Positions 1-12,700 of a stretch of DNA of 64,000 nucleotides are shown here, in pieces (the stretch's first letter is position 1; each line of letters begins with the position of its first letter). The notes below the pieces were generated by a model that saw nothing but the letters and a program-made list of their open reading frames with translations, was not told where the DNA came from and searched no databases. The position numbers and the translations under genes are program-made. Source of the stretch: Octopus bimaculoides (taxonomy: Eukaryota); assembly GCF_001194135.2 (NCBI RefSeq), contig NC_068996.1:53053377-53117376 (forward strand), given 5' to 3'.

Positions 1-454
1 AGGTGTATCTGAATAAAAGAAAAAATGAAACAAGTTTGTATGATCAGAGTTGGCTGGGAACTAAGGAAAAAAATTCAAAATTATCTAATCAGAATTCGGC
101 AAAAAAGTAAGGTCATCAGAGTGGATATTTCGTAGTACTCTTGTTTTGTTTAATTTTAATTTCTTTTTGGCTTTTTTTCATGTCTTCAAATTGAAATGTG
201 GGTCCCTCAAAGAAAGCTTTAACGTTTAAGTTTAGAATTGATTATATAAAGTACTAAGTTCTAGTAATGTATTAGTCATCTTGATTGTTGTTTTCACTAC
301 ATTTTGACTTTGTACTCGCCAGTCTTGTTCAAGGGTCTTGTAGGTGACCGGTAATAAAGTCACAATTTGGGCTAAGAAAAAAATCACAATTAATTTATAG
401 GATCCAGACTCCCCGCCCTCTTCCTTGGACAAAACACCTGTGACTTTTTTTTAC

Positions 455-505
455 CTGGATTCGTCTTGTGATTCCCCTCAGTGCTTTGCTTGGGATTCAA
501 CACAA
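455..505 (-). CDS. Candidate 51-nt symmetric exon of an unidentified minus-strand gene that continues off the left edge
   Basis: Acceptor tatgtttcAG (506-507), donor CAG|GTAAAA (454), open phase-1/phase-1 frame VLNPKQSTEGNHKTNP. A strong further acceptor (tttcattttttcttttattcAG) sits at 9-10. No homology recognised. Confidence 0.35.
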
Positions 506-1156
506 CTGAAACATAGTGAAAAGCAACAACCAAGATGAAGACATCACTCCTCATCTCAAAAATATAGAATTGTAAAGTACCAGTAACTTTGGATTAAAAT
601 TTTGAATAGAACATCTCTCCTTTTTTTATCAGTTACAAATTAAGTTTATTGTTAGAACAGAGTTAAAGCATCCCAGTTTCAAGAAATATCTGTGTGTGTG
701 TGTGCAGGGATGGTTGTGAAATGAAGGGTTTTCATTTGTAATCATATGGTTTTGAGTTCACTCTCACTACAAGGCACCTTGAACAAGTATCTTCTGTTCT
801 AACTGAAGATTGAACAATTCTTAATGAGTGGATCTCATAGATGGGTGTGCATTCAATCTGCACCTCCTATATTAAGACTCTCTCTCTATCTCTTTTTTAC
901 TCTCTCTCTCTCTCTCTCCGCAGTGTAAGTCATTATCATCATCATCGTTTAACGTCCGCTTTCCATGTTGGCATGGGATGAATGGAAAATCAACTAACCA
1001 ACATTTACATCAACTATTAATATAAGAAATGCATACAATTATGTACATGTATTTTTATATGCATGTGTGTGTATACACACAGACATACACAGATGTGTAC
1101 TTTTATATGTATTTTGTATATAAATATATATATATATATATGTATGTATGTATGTA

Positions 1157-2605
1157 TGTGGCAGATGCTCAGGAGCAATAAACACTGAAAATGTGCAGAA
1201 AACAACCTTTGCCACACTCCAGGGAGGAAAACTAGAAGTAGTTGATAGCTTCCGTTACCTAGGTGACCAAGTTTGTAGCGGGGGAGGGCGCTCTGAAAGT
1301 GTAGCTGCTAGAATAAGAATAGCCTGGGCAAAGTTCAGAGAGCTCTTACCTCTGCTGGTGACAAAGGGCCTCTCACTCAGAGTAAAAGGTAGACTGTATG
1401 ATGCATGTGTACGGACAGTCATGCTACATGGCAGTGAGAAATGGGCTGTGACTGCTGAGGACATGCATAAGCTCACAAGGAATGAAGCCAGTATGCTCCA
1501 AAGGATGTGTAATGTCAGTGTGCATACACGATAGAGTGTAAGCGTCCTGAGAGAAAAGTTGGATTTAAGAAGCATCAGTTGTAGTGTGCAAGAGAGACGA
1601 TTGCGCTGGTATGGTCATGCGGCGAGAATGGATGAGGATAGCTGTGTGAAAAAGTGTCACACCCTAGCAGTTGAGGGAACCTGTGGAAGAGGTAGGCCCA
1701 GGAAGACCTGGGATGAGGTGGTGAGGCACGACCTCTGAACATTGGGCGTCACTGAGGCAATGACTAGTGACCGGGACCTTTGGAAATATGCAGTATGTGA
1801 GAAGACCCAGCAAGCCAAGTGAGAGCATAATCTGTGGCCTCTGCCAGAAGTGTAGCCAGCTCACTTATTCGTATCTTTACTTCATTGGACACTAAACTCT
1901 GCTTGCGAAGACCTGTTGAGGCAAGTGAATTTGAAATCGAAATCAGACCAAATTCGATGACTGGCACCCGTGCCAACCTCTCCTTCTTTGGACACTAAAC
2001 TCTGCTTGCGAAGACCTGTTGGGGTAAGTTTAATCAAAATCGTAATAGAACCATATTCGATTATTGACACCTGTGCCAGTGGAGCACTAACAGCACTGTC
2101 TGAGTGTGATCATTGCCAGAGCAGCTGTCTGGCTTCCATGACANNNNNNNNNNCACCTGTGCCAGTGGAGCACTAACAGCACTGTCTGAGTGTGATCATT
2201 GCCAGAGCAGCTGTCTGGCTTCCATGACAGTGGCACGTAAATAGCACCATTTGAGCGTGATCGTTACCAACGTCGCCTTACTGGCACTTGTGTCGGTGGC
2301 ACGTTAGAAAATCATTCGAGTGAGGTCATTGCCAGTGCCTGGCTCCTGTGCAGGTGGCATGTAAAAAACACCATTTTGAGTGTGTCCGTTGCCAGTACCG
2401 CATGACTGGCCCTCATGTCGGTGGCACGTAAAAGCACCCACTACACTCTTGGAATGGTTGGCGTTAGGAAGGGCATCCAGCTGTAGAAACTCTGCCAAAT
2501 CAGATTGGAGCCTGGTGTAGCCATCTGGTTCGCCAGTCCTCAGTCAAATTGTCCAACCCATGCCAGCATGGGAAGCGGATGTTAAACGATGATGATGATG
2601 ATGAT
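1157..2605 (+). mobile_element. 5'-truncated RTE-clade LINE: ORF C-terminus (1157-1822) plus a long modular 3' UTR and (GAT)n tail
   Basis: VVDSFRYLG, AWAKFRELLP, LYDACVRTVMLHGSE, RRLRWYGH, GRGRPRKTWDEVV are typical RTE C-terminal motifs; two in-frame stops. Confidence 0.88.
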
Positions 2606-2960
2606 TGTTTAAATTGGTGAATCCTGCCATAATCCTTGCCTTCAGTTTGTCATTGGTGTTAGAAGGAGTTTTATTGGTCTCGTCTCTTGCTCAACAGCAC
2701 CCTACACATAATAATTAAGGGGGCTGCAATCTGGGGAGTTAGGGGTGAAGTGGTTGCAGAAATTGTCTGACAGCCATGACTGGGTTCTCCTGCTTCTGTG
2801 ACATGGTGTAGAGTCCTGTTGCCAGACATAGGGTCTTCTAGCAGCCAACCTCTTGACCCAGGGCAGCACTACCTCCTCCAGGTACTTGACTGTATGGGAA
2901 AATGAATGGAGGCATAACGTCACCATAACTAGTGATCATTCCAAACACCATGATGTTGAC
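2606..2960 (-). mobile_element. Tc1/mariner transposase relic (catalytic C-terminus)
   Basis: VVLPWV...RPYVWQQDSTPCH...NSPDCSPLNYYV (QQD and SPDLNP-like motifs). Confidence 0.8.
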
Positions 2961-3283
2961 TGGATGCCATATTTTTATCACTCTCCACCCTATTGAGGAT
3001 CACACATTGTTTACATGCATAACCCTCACAACAACACACACACATTCTTTGTTTTGTCCTGTACCGTCCGTAATGTTTTTCTTAATGTAAACCCTAGTGG
3101 TTAATAAAGAAACCATTATTATTATTATAAAATAAAAGAAATCATCATCATCATTGTTTTATTTTATTTATCAGAGAGTTACATTTTAGTATAGTTATTT
3201 AATCCATTTATATCTGCTATAATTCGTAGAACGAAAGACGCAATCAATCGTGGCGAGAGATTCATCTAAAAGGTGTGATGTAA

Positions 3284-3393
3284 GGAGAAGGTAAAGAATA
3301 CGTACACCTGGTGGTTAGGGTTAGGATTTACGGTTAGAATTAGGGTTAGGGTTATGCCGAAAACGGGTGGTGTGCGTATTCTTTACCCCCGCC
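3284..3393. mobile_element. 110-bp MITE with internal TTAGGG repeats and a 9-bp TSD
   Basis: TIR core GGTAAAGAATACGTACACC (3290-3308) / GGTGTGCGTATTCTTTACC (3369-3387), 18/19 match; TSD GTGATGTAA at 3275-3283 and 3394-3402. Confidence 0.8.
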
Positions 3394-3671
3394 GTGATGT
3401 AAAAGGTTCATGGTTGCGATTTTTACTCACTTCACTCTACAAATACCCTTCGAAATTATATTCTAATCTGACGGTTTTATAATCCGTTGAATTTGATACA
3501 AAGCAGTCAGAAGGGTAAACATTATCGGAAATGTTTTCCTTTCAATAATGAATGTTTCGAAAGAAGAAGAAATGAACGGTAGAACTATCGGAATTTTTAA
3601 AGACTCTAATGAAAGATGCAGTTTTAGGGTTCCGGTCATCAGATTTACGTTGCTATCTCCGCATGACGTTT

Positions 3672-3685
3672 GTTTACATAGCAAC
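3672..3685. promoter_or_regulatory. RFX X-box-like motif GTTTACATAGCAAC
   Basis: 13/14 match to RTHNYYWTRRNRAC, in a CpG-retaining region between the divergent candidate gene and CEP15. Confidence 0.4.
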
Positions 3686-4454
3686 GGGAACAAAATGTCG
3701 CGAAAGATTTCTAATATCCAACATATGAGAGAAGTGTAAAGGTGAAGACGGAGGAAAACTTTAAAACTAGTTTCATATAATTGATGTTAAAGGAAACGGT
3801 AATGCCATGCAATATATAGCAGACAATTATGAATTAAGGGAAAACATATTTATAACTAGAATTGATAGAAATCTGTTGAATCCTCCATGATTTCTGAATA
3901 TCGTGTTGTGTGATTTACCATTTATGTTATCTGAATAATTTTCAAGCTTGTGATTTTTGGTTTGTGTTTAAATTTTTAATTAAAAACACAAATAAAATAA
4001 TAATGAAATAAATAATAGCAAAAATTTTCTTCTCAATGAAAATATCGAATTTTTAATTCTTAAATTATAAATTATGTTTCTTAAAACGATTTTTTTTCCT
4101 ATTATGTCATGACTAGAATGTAAAGATAACTTAAATAGAGCTTCTGCAATGTCCATAGTATTCCTTTACTTGATTTATCTCATTAGATTTTTACTTTCTA
4201 ATACAGAATTATCTGTGTAGGACGATAATAGCACCATCTCTAATATTAATGGTTTAAAATGGCATTTCACAGCACAATAGTTTGCATTTATATTTAACTT
4301 CTCTTTCGCTGAAAATGGACACGAAACTTGTTCCTGTCAGTTCTAATCGTTGAGTTTCCAGACTAATTAATTAGGATTTCAACATCCAAATTCTGTCGCC
4401 CAAACAAATTCTACCACACACAAACTGTCTACGTTTTCCACACATGTTAATTAC

Positions 4455-4495
4455 GTTACCTAGCAACGGTAACATCACCAAGGTTGCCTAACAAT
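4455..4495. promoter_or_regulatory. Pair of RFX X-boxes (GTTACCTAGCAAC 4455-4467; GTTGCCTAACAAT 4483-4495) upstream of the CEP15-like 5' exon
   Basis: The first matches GTTRCC-N-RGYAAC exactly. A likely non-coding first exon ends at the strong donor AAG|GTAAGT (4825/4826). Confidence 0.55.
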
Positions 4496-5169
4496 GAAAG
4501 CGTTTTCGTTAAGGAACACAATTTTTCTTTTTGATAATTCAAAATTGTGAACATGGTAGAATTTTGTATTTGTTTATTTATTATTTAATGTTTATAGTTT
4601 GAGAAATTTATGAAGTGATTCTTTTCTTAAAAGAAGAGTTCGGCGCATATCTTAAAATATTATCACTATTATTATTACTATTATTATTTTTATTATTACT
4701 ATTATTGAAATCCTAATTATTATTATTTTTTTAATTCTCTCATAACGAATGATTTTTTTTAAAACGCAAAGAAAAGACTTTTGTTAAAGACTCTTAAAGA
4801 TCTGGACTGCCTCTTCTAGAAAAAGGTAAGTTGTTTCTCCTAGTTTTCTCGTCTTATGTCAGTGTTAGAACTGTTGCATCAAGATACATGACATAAAGTC
4901 ACTAGGTTTCTATGTATTAGCCATCGTCAAGTCCATCCTTGATGTACATATTCGTGCTCTCTTTTATGTGTTAACAGGGAGCACACGTCATTCAGGTGTT
5001 TCTAAATAGACCAACACAACAAATGATAGAAGTTTTAAAAATATGAAGAGAAAAATATTCAATGTTACAATATAAACACAAGCGCATAATACAGTATAGA
5101 ATTAAACATGGTATTCCCCAGTCTTGTAAAAGTCATGGATTTTACAATAAGGATGATATTCCTGGTCTT

Positions 5170-5850
5170 AGATGATAAGTCAGTAGTCCTGGCCATGAAC
5201 CTGTCAGAGAGTGACCAATACTTTGACAGTTTGCTTTTCTGAAGCTGATGAACAGTGGAGCCTGGGCTGGTAGCTGACCGCACCAATTTGCCACTAGAGA
5301 AGAGGTCACAGCATGTAGTAGCCCAGATGAGGGGCCTACAACCACAGAGTGGGATAATTATTATACCATCAGGCCTTTTACTGTCTCCTTGATCTAGCCC
5401 CACTGGTTCAAGCTGGGAAGGGAAGCCTGCAGCATCTAGACCATGCTTTATGATTTCATTAAGGACAGCATGGCATGGAAAGTAGCCAGTACTATAATGA
5501 CAGGACAGAAAGAATCCACAGTGAATCCAAAGTGACATTTTTGAGGCTCACAGCTTTGGAGGCCAAGCATCAGGGAAACACTATCAAGCTGAGTGTCAGT
5601 CACAAGTGATGGCATTGCTTTGAGCTAGGCTCCACGGTGGGGCTTGGAGGCTGAATGAAAACATGCCAGATGATACTGCTTAAGTCAGCAGACTAAGTCA
5701 TCTGAGATCATGTTGCACTGGATGGCATCCCATTTGTTTTGGGGAGACTGGACGTTCACAGAAGGGAGTCGCGGATGGATGTCCGCAGGGCATAGGCTGA
5801 GCTAGCTCCATGTCGCATAGGTCACCTCATGCTCCCCAATCACAGTTGGT
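5170..5850 (-). mobile_element. CRE-like (restriction-like endonuclease) non-LTR retrotransposon relic
   Basis: H..LNEIIKHGLDAAGFPSQLEPVGLDQGDSKRPDG...LIW.TTC, with degraded zinc-knuckle region upstream. Confidence 0.7.
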
Positions 5851-8329
5851 TCAATTGAGTTGTGGAGAACCCTGTCATCAGGTTCACATGGAAATAGAAT
5901 TTTGTTGAATCAACTGATTGAGTATCATAAAATTTACAGTTTTTGTGTATTGCTACAGAAGACCACACATTTGTCATTTTTTCAGTCATATCTGTGCATA
6001 GAAAAGACATAGACAGGGACCCAGTTACTAAGATCTGAATATATTGTTTTTGACAAAGAAATCTTACAGTGACTAGATAAGCAAATTAGGTGAGTTTTCA
6101 ATATCAACCAGTGGTGAATTTTTTTTAAGACAGAATAAAATCAATGTATTTAGTAGGGATGCAGGAAGAGAAAACGCTACAGTAGGGAAGAGAACATGTC
6201 AGCAGATTAAAAGAAGAAGCTGTTAGGAGGAGTTTTGCATCTAATGTACAAGAGCTGAAAATGATATTTAACCATTTCTCTTATATAAAATACAAAGGTT
6301 GTATTATTTGAGCTAAGACATGTGCTGTGAGACAGGAAGAACAAAAATCATTCTATAACCCAGATATGAGAGGTACAAAATGGAAGCAATGTCATAATCA
6401 TTATTTGATGGACCATAATGGGTGTATGCTGTCCAATTAAAGCAGATGTGTACAGTTTTCCTATTTGAAGGAAGCAGTGAACTGGAAATGAAGGACTCAA
6501 TGACTTATCATGATTCTCTGATAATGGCAGCTGAAATACAGGAGGAATTTAGTGGTTGTGTGAGGGACAAACTGCTAAGTTAGAATGGTTTACTCAACAG
6601 ACTTTGTTTATGTGCCAGTCTCCCATTTACTACAATCTTATTAGATTCCTATTGCAATTGTAGCAGACTAAAAGCATTACCAATTATATGAATGAAGAAT
6701 GGTGATGTTGCTGAGAAAGGATGTAAATAAGTAGGATTTTATTGATTCTTTCAGACCCCAAAATTCAGTGAATTCCAAGTTTACAATTTGACCCAGATTG
6801 GTTTTTGTTGTCATAAGTATTTTTTGGATGTATGCAATTCTTAACAGATCTACCCAGGACAACCACTGCTTTCAATATATTGTAGAGAGAGTAGATACTA
6901 TGGATTTGGTGGGGCTCTGAACAATTTTGGTAGATTTAAAGCTTTTAACTGGATCAACCATCAGTAACTGGTGGCTCTTCTAAGTGCAGTGAGTGTAACT
7001 TACATTTCCAAGGACTGTATTGTTGATATACAGACAGGCTGGAACATGTTGTTCTTTCACTCTTCTTGAAAAATAGACTGGTTTTGCTGGTCAAAATGTC
7101 CACCTATTGCCACCATCCTCTGTGCAGAGGGCTCAAGACATTTGGGATTAATGATGCCCAGGCATTAGCTGAGGTGGTGACATTTTCTTCTGAAAGATGA
7201 TAGATAACATCCAAAAGATCTTAACCAAGCTTGCTACATAGAAGTGTCAGTAGTTTGGAATAAACACTACAGTCATGGCAGTATTGTCAACAAAGTCTGT
7301 TAGAGATGCATGAGAAGCAATGAAAACGTTCCTCATACACATGTTCATTATATATTTGAACATTGTTGACTTGTGCACTGACGTATACACCTGTTGTTGC
7401 TTCTACAACAGATTCAGCTATCACTTATCTACCTTCTTTTGGTGAGGAGGTTTGATTTTTTTATGTCTTGCTGATAAGACACAAAAGATAACATAGTGAA
7501 GAAAATTAGAAGCACAGGGGGCTGTTTTTTTTTTCCTCCTCTCCAATTATGCCTTTATCGTTCTGCTCAGTCATGAATGGGATAATAAAAGAGGTGGCTA
7601 TCTGTAGCTGCTTACAACTTGATGGACATATAAAACATTTAGCAAAGTAAAAAGGTACATGTTGCTGAGTCATCCGTGGTTTTGAGTGACAGCTAGAGAT
7701 TGCTCATTAGATATAATAGCTGAATACATGTCTTCATACAGTAACGAGTACCATACTAATTATTCTTAAATTGCACAACTATTTCTGGCACAGGCCTGAA
7801 AAACAGCTGCAGAAACCAAAGCAGATATTAGAACCTGGTTCAGCTCTCTCTGGTTCAACTGTTGAAGTCAAATCGTCCGACATTGCTCACACTCCTATTG
7901 AAACTGCAATAATCTCTGATCTGAAGGTGCTCACTAAAACTTTCCCTCATTTATAGGTTATAGATCTTTGCTTTTAAAAATAAAAAATTCCCAAAACTTC
8001 TATAATAAATTATGTTTGTAACTGCCTCGTTTTCCAGTATTTTCTGTTCAGTGTTTCATTACATAAAATGTAATACTTGAATAAGTGACATTGTTATTTA
8101 AAATAATGACTTTAAATTATAAGAACCGAATCTCATATATATATATGAAAGGTAAATCTTCATGAGCAATAATGTCATGAAAGGGACGCATTTAAAATAT
8201 TACTAAACATATTACAAAAACACAAATGCATAAAACTAACACAAAAATAGAAAGTGTAAATTTTATTTGTAAGTTTTAAAAAGCCATAATATCCTCATTT
8301 AATGTTAATTTAATGTTTACTACAGCCAT

Positions 8330-8646
8330 AGACCAGTGCTGCCTGACTGGCTCTCGTGCCAGTGACTTGTAAAAAGTATCATTTGAGTGTGGTTGATGCC
8401 AGTGCCGGCTGACTGATCCCATGCCAGTGGCATGTAAAAAGTACCCACTACACTCGCAAAGTGGTTGGCATTAGGAAGGGCATCCAGCCGTAGAAACATT
8501 GCCAGATCGGATTGGAACCTTGTGCAGCCTTCTGGCTTGCCAGCCTTCTGGCTTGCCAGCCGTCAGTCAAACTGTCCAACCCATGCCAGCATGGAAAGGG
8601 GAGGCTAAATGACAACGATGATGGTGATGATGATGATGATGATGAG
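8330..8646 (+). mobile_element. RTE LINE 3' UTR/tail copy
   Basis: Homologous to 2300-2605; TTAGGAAGGGCATCCAGC core; (GAT)n tail. Confidence 0.8.
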
Positions 8647-9217
8647 CTATTTGTGGCCCTCAGGACTTTCTGAATGGCATGCCTAATGAAAAATTACCTT
8701 GAATTTTTCTTTAGTAGCACACCTCACCTGATGACAAGCCATGTCTCAAGTGGCTTGCTTCTTTGCCCATGCCAGCATTTTGTAAACTTGCTAATGGGAA
8801 AGATATTAAATTTTAATTATTTATGTTTATGTCAGTATTTATAACTCTGTATTTTGAGGGGTACCACTTGTACTTGAGGTGGCATTCACCCAGGATGGGT
8901 TGAGCCAGCAACCAACAAATTCACCATGTCCCTTATGAATGCTGACCACATCCAACAGGTAGCAGCAGTCAAAGCTGTAACGGATACTCATACCCTGTTC
9001 CACTGGGGGCTTGATTGTGCTTCCACATCCATCTTTACTGTTGCCAGCCATGTCTTCAATTGTCTTCCAATTTGTTTTGCAGAGGCTTGTTTCTTTTGTT
9101 TGTTTTTTAAAACATATTTGTATGATGTTTTTACATTTTCTTTATACCTGTTTTAATGACTATGTTCATTGAACTCTGTTAGCCTATGGAATTGTAGAAT
9201 TAGAATCTGAACAACAG

Positions 9218-9279
9218 ATGTCACGAAAACATTGCCCCACCATGCTGACTGAGGATCTGAACAAACGTCTTTATCAAAT
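9218..9279 (+). CDS. CEP15: CEP15-like coding exon 1 (MSRKHCPTMLTEDLNKRLYQ)
   Basis: ATG at 9218; donor AT|GTAAGT at 9280; phase 2 matches the next exon. The frame is open upstream to 9173, so the true start may lie further 5'. Confidence 0.65.
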
Positions 9280-9849
9280 GTAAGTTAACTTCATAATCCA
9301 CTAACATTTTAATAAATAACCTTCTACCATTATCTTACAAGGCAGACCAATGACAAAAGATATATTTGAGTCATTACAATGTCATCTTTTAAGGAATATC
9401 TAGGGTTTTATATTATCTTGTATGTCTTTTCCATATTCAATGACTGTGTGTGATTTAAGAGAGATTTTGGTTCCTATTTGTGACTGCGAATAGCAAGCTA
9501 ATGTAGACAAGTAAAGGGAGTTTTCAACTTCCATAGTTTGGCTGGGTTTACAATGTAGTGATTCTCTTAATTTTGATCTGTCATATCATTAATGAGAGCA
9601 GATGTCCTTAGATTTAATCTAATCACACTTTTGCACCACTTGTTTGTATCAGTGTGAATCAAGATATTGTTTGGGGAAAATGTGTGTGGAATGATAGCAG
9701 TACACTTGACCTCGTAGGGATCCACTTTTGAGGTTTACTGCAATCTGGCCAAAAGCATGATTAAGAACATGAAAGCATGGCCAAGCATTCATTAGTCTTG
9801 GAGAAGGTTCTGAGCAAGTTATCATTCTTAGTGGTTTGGTGGTTTTTCA

Positions 9850-10760
9850 TATGTATCAATAGCTCATGGGGACCATGCAATCTATGTAGAAAATCACCTT
9901 CCACAACACGAGAGTTAACAATGAGTTAATTGTTTCGTGCCCCTCAGAACTCAATTCACAGCCTTCAGTTGTTTATTATACATCTTCTGACCATAACAGG
10001 TGAGTTAAAGATTGACTGTCTGCAGGAACTCCCATATGCCAATGACCTAGTTCTCTATATCTATTAAAGATTTGGAGAAAAAAATTCCAAATAATGGAAT
10101 TAAAACTTAGAACCAAAATCCCTTGAAGTAAACCAAGAAAAGACAAAAAAGTTAACAGAAAAGGAAAACAGGATTCAACTGCCAGCTTGGAAGTTGCCAG
10201 ACCTTATATGCAGAAAAGGTGTGCAATAGGAATTGTATATTAAACGTACACTACAGGTGCACAGGTGTTGTAGTAAGATCACTGATAGAGTGACACACAA
10301 GGAAGACTACATATGTAGCAGAATCACTAAGTTAGTTGAAAGAGTTCTCATGAAATAAATTCTTTCAAATTCTCAGAAGGCTCCCAGAAATAGTTGATAG
10401 CTTCTTTCACCTAGGTGACTAACTTAGCAGTGGAAGTGGATGTTGTGAAAGCAGTAACCAAAGTAAGAACAGAGTGGGAAGTGTTCAGATAGCAGCGAAG
10501 GGGCAACAATGAGATTCTCATTTGTATGCTGCCTGTCTCTCAGGCTGTGTCTGAAGTGGAATGCTGTTTGGCAGCAAAACATGGACATTGGATGCAAATA
10601 ATGTGTAAAGCTTGAGAGAAATGAGGTGATGGATGTGTAATGTTAGTGTGACGAAGAATGAAGCACAAATGAAATGAAAGAAAAATTAGGTGTAAGAGGA
10701 ATCAGATGTAATTTGCAAGACTGTACTGGTACTGAAATGTGAATATGTATGAATATTGGC
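9850..10760 (+). mobile_element. Degraded RTE LINE RT region in CEP15 intron
   Basis: ELPYANDLVL (YADD-like); 10390-10480 is homologous to 1240-1340. Confidence 0.65.
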
Positions 10761-11032
10761 AGTTGGAGTCAAGTGGACCCAACCAGTAGAAAAAGAAGAT
10801 TGGGAAAGATATAGGAAGAAGAGATGCAAGTTGATCNNNNNNNNNNAAAAAAAAAAAAAAAAAAAAAAAGGAAATAGCAAGGAATTGAAACAGACAGTGA
10901 GATGTTGTCCTGGAGAAGGTACATCAAAATCATATAAGCTTGGGAAAAAGGATGTGACGTGAAAATAATTATGATAGTCTACCTAAATAATAGTGTTACA
11001 AGAGTTTCTTCCCTTTGTATTTTATTTTTCAG

Positions 11033-11132
11033 CCAAGCCAAACGACAGGTGTTGGAAAGACTTGATGAAAAAGAAGAAAATCAACACGAAGCATTTCAGC
11101 AAGCGAGAAAGAGAAATAAACAAATTCTTTTA
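11033..11132 (+). CDS. CEP15: CEP15-like coding exon 2
   Basis: Polypyrimidine tract ttttatttttcAG; encodes QAKRQVLERLDEKEENQHEAFQQARKRNKQILL; donor GTATGT; phase 2 to 0. Confidence 0.8.
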
Positions 11133-11549
11133 GTATGTTTTATTAAAGATCTCTTATTTAACCAATTTAGGCTAATTTTTGAGTCATCTTCCAACTAAGT
11201 CTCTCAAAGTCTTCTCTTTCCAATTGCTTATGTTCTGAAAGTTACTCTTGCCCAATATGCTTTATATATTCTATATTTTTCTAAGAATAGTTATCAACAT
11301 GAAGTATGTTCTTTATTATGCTCTGTTACAATAACAGATTTACACCTTTCACATTTCTCCTAATTACATTGTTGCTGATATGGCAGTAAGAGCTCTTGGC
11401 AAAATGTATCCATATTGATGCTTTGATACTTAATTAGAACAAATCTAATTAATTGCATGCATACTCTCATAGATATGAAATATAGTAATAATTCGCCATA
11501 TCGTGGTTCACCTATCACACACTCACTACATCTCTTTTTACTCTTTTAT

Positions 11550-11751
11550 TCTTTTACTTGTTTCAGTCATTTGACTGCGGCCATGCTGGAGCACCGCAAA
11601 TCAAACCCAAGACTTATTCTTTATAAGCCTAGTACTTATTCTATTGGTCTCTTTTGCTGAACTGCTAAGTTATGGGGGACATAAACACACCAACATCGGT
11701 TGTCAAGAGATGTTGGGGGAGACAAACACAGACACACAAGCATACACACAA

Positions 11752-11807
<56 letters not shown>

Positions 11808-11966
11808 GACGGGCTTCTTTCAGTTTCCGTCTACCAAATCCACTCACAAGGCTTTGGTCGGCCTGAGGCTATAGTAGAAGACTCTTGCTCAAGATGCCAC
11901 GCAGTGGGAATGAACTCAGAACCATGTGGTTGGTAAGCAAGCTACTTATGACACAGCCACTCCTGT
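11550..11966 (-). mobile_element. Full-length tRNA-derived SINE, family A (internal CA/TA microsatellite)
   Basis: tRNA-like head at about 11880-11966; tail ...GGCCGCAGTCAAATGACTGAAACAAGTAAAAG; same family at 29748-30832, 35060, 36080, 46165, 52530 and 55740. Confidence 0.85.
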
Positions 11967-12379
11967 GTGGATTTTTCTGGCTAATATGTGTAAATTTATA
12001 TCACAAACTCCTCAGTATATCACGGGTTTCTGCAGCCAATAGGTATTTATATTTTTTTTTAGATATTAATTATTTCTGTGGGAGGTTTTGAAATATAACA
12101 TCTGCGATAGAGGAGGGATTACTGTAATGTCTTTTTTTCCCCTTACATAAATAAGTTTCCCAGTGCCTTCTAGCATTAATGCCTAAAATACATTTGAACC
12201 ATTAAGGCCCTAATTATATTGATTCAAGAGAAGATCCTTGTGTATGGTTTCCTTTTGCTTCTTGAGAGAATGCAAAAGAATATTACTCTTAGATTCCCAG
12301 AAAAACAACAAAATACTTCACATATCCGCTTACATTTTCACTTTATATTCATCCATCCATCTTTTTAGTTCACTGTTCC

Positions 12380-12700
12380 TGGGAGGGTCATTGGGAATGG
12401 AGGTAGGGAGTCCTCAAGCCCCTCTTCCGTAGAGTCCAATTAGAAGCAACTGTCATTACAGTTTCCAGCTGGATTTCTAAGAATGTCCAACTGAAACTAT
12501 GGATATTATCTAGCCATCTTGTTCTTGGTCTACCCCTAGGTCTTCTGCCAGCTAGCTGAACTTGAAGAATCCATCTTGTGCTCAGTATGAAGTAGCAGCC
12601 CAACCTGAAGAGATTCTCTGATCTCTGAACTATGCACCTTGTCAAGTAACATTACTCCAGAGACCCTTCAGAGAATCCCATTTTACCTAATATCAACCTA
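12380..12700 (-). mobile_element. RTE-type LINE 3' ORF relic (second family)
   Basis: WILQVQLAGRRPRGRPRTRWLDNI motif. Confidence 0.6.

Noticed and set aside
2068-2228. Exact ~74-bp direct repeat flanking a 10-N gap
   Set aside because: Identical sequence on both sides of a tiny gap is typical of a contig-overlap artefact.
3463-3739. Overlapping ORFs on both strands in the promoter region; also 7771-7956 and 27194-27774
   Set aside because: No recognisable homology. The real POLD4 exon 1 uses a different frame at 27132-27234.
8728-8765. CTGATGA followed by a perfect 7-bp hairpin (CAAGCCA/TGGCTTG)
   Set aside because: No GAAA half-core or NUH site follows, so it is not a hammerhead.
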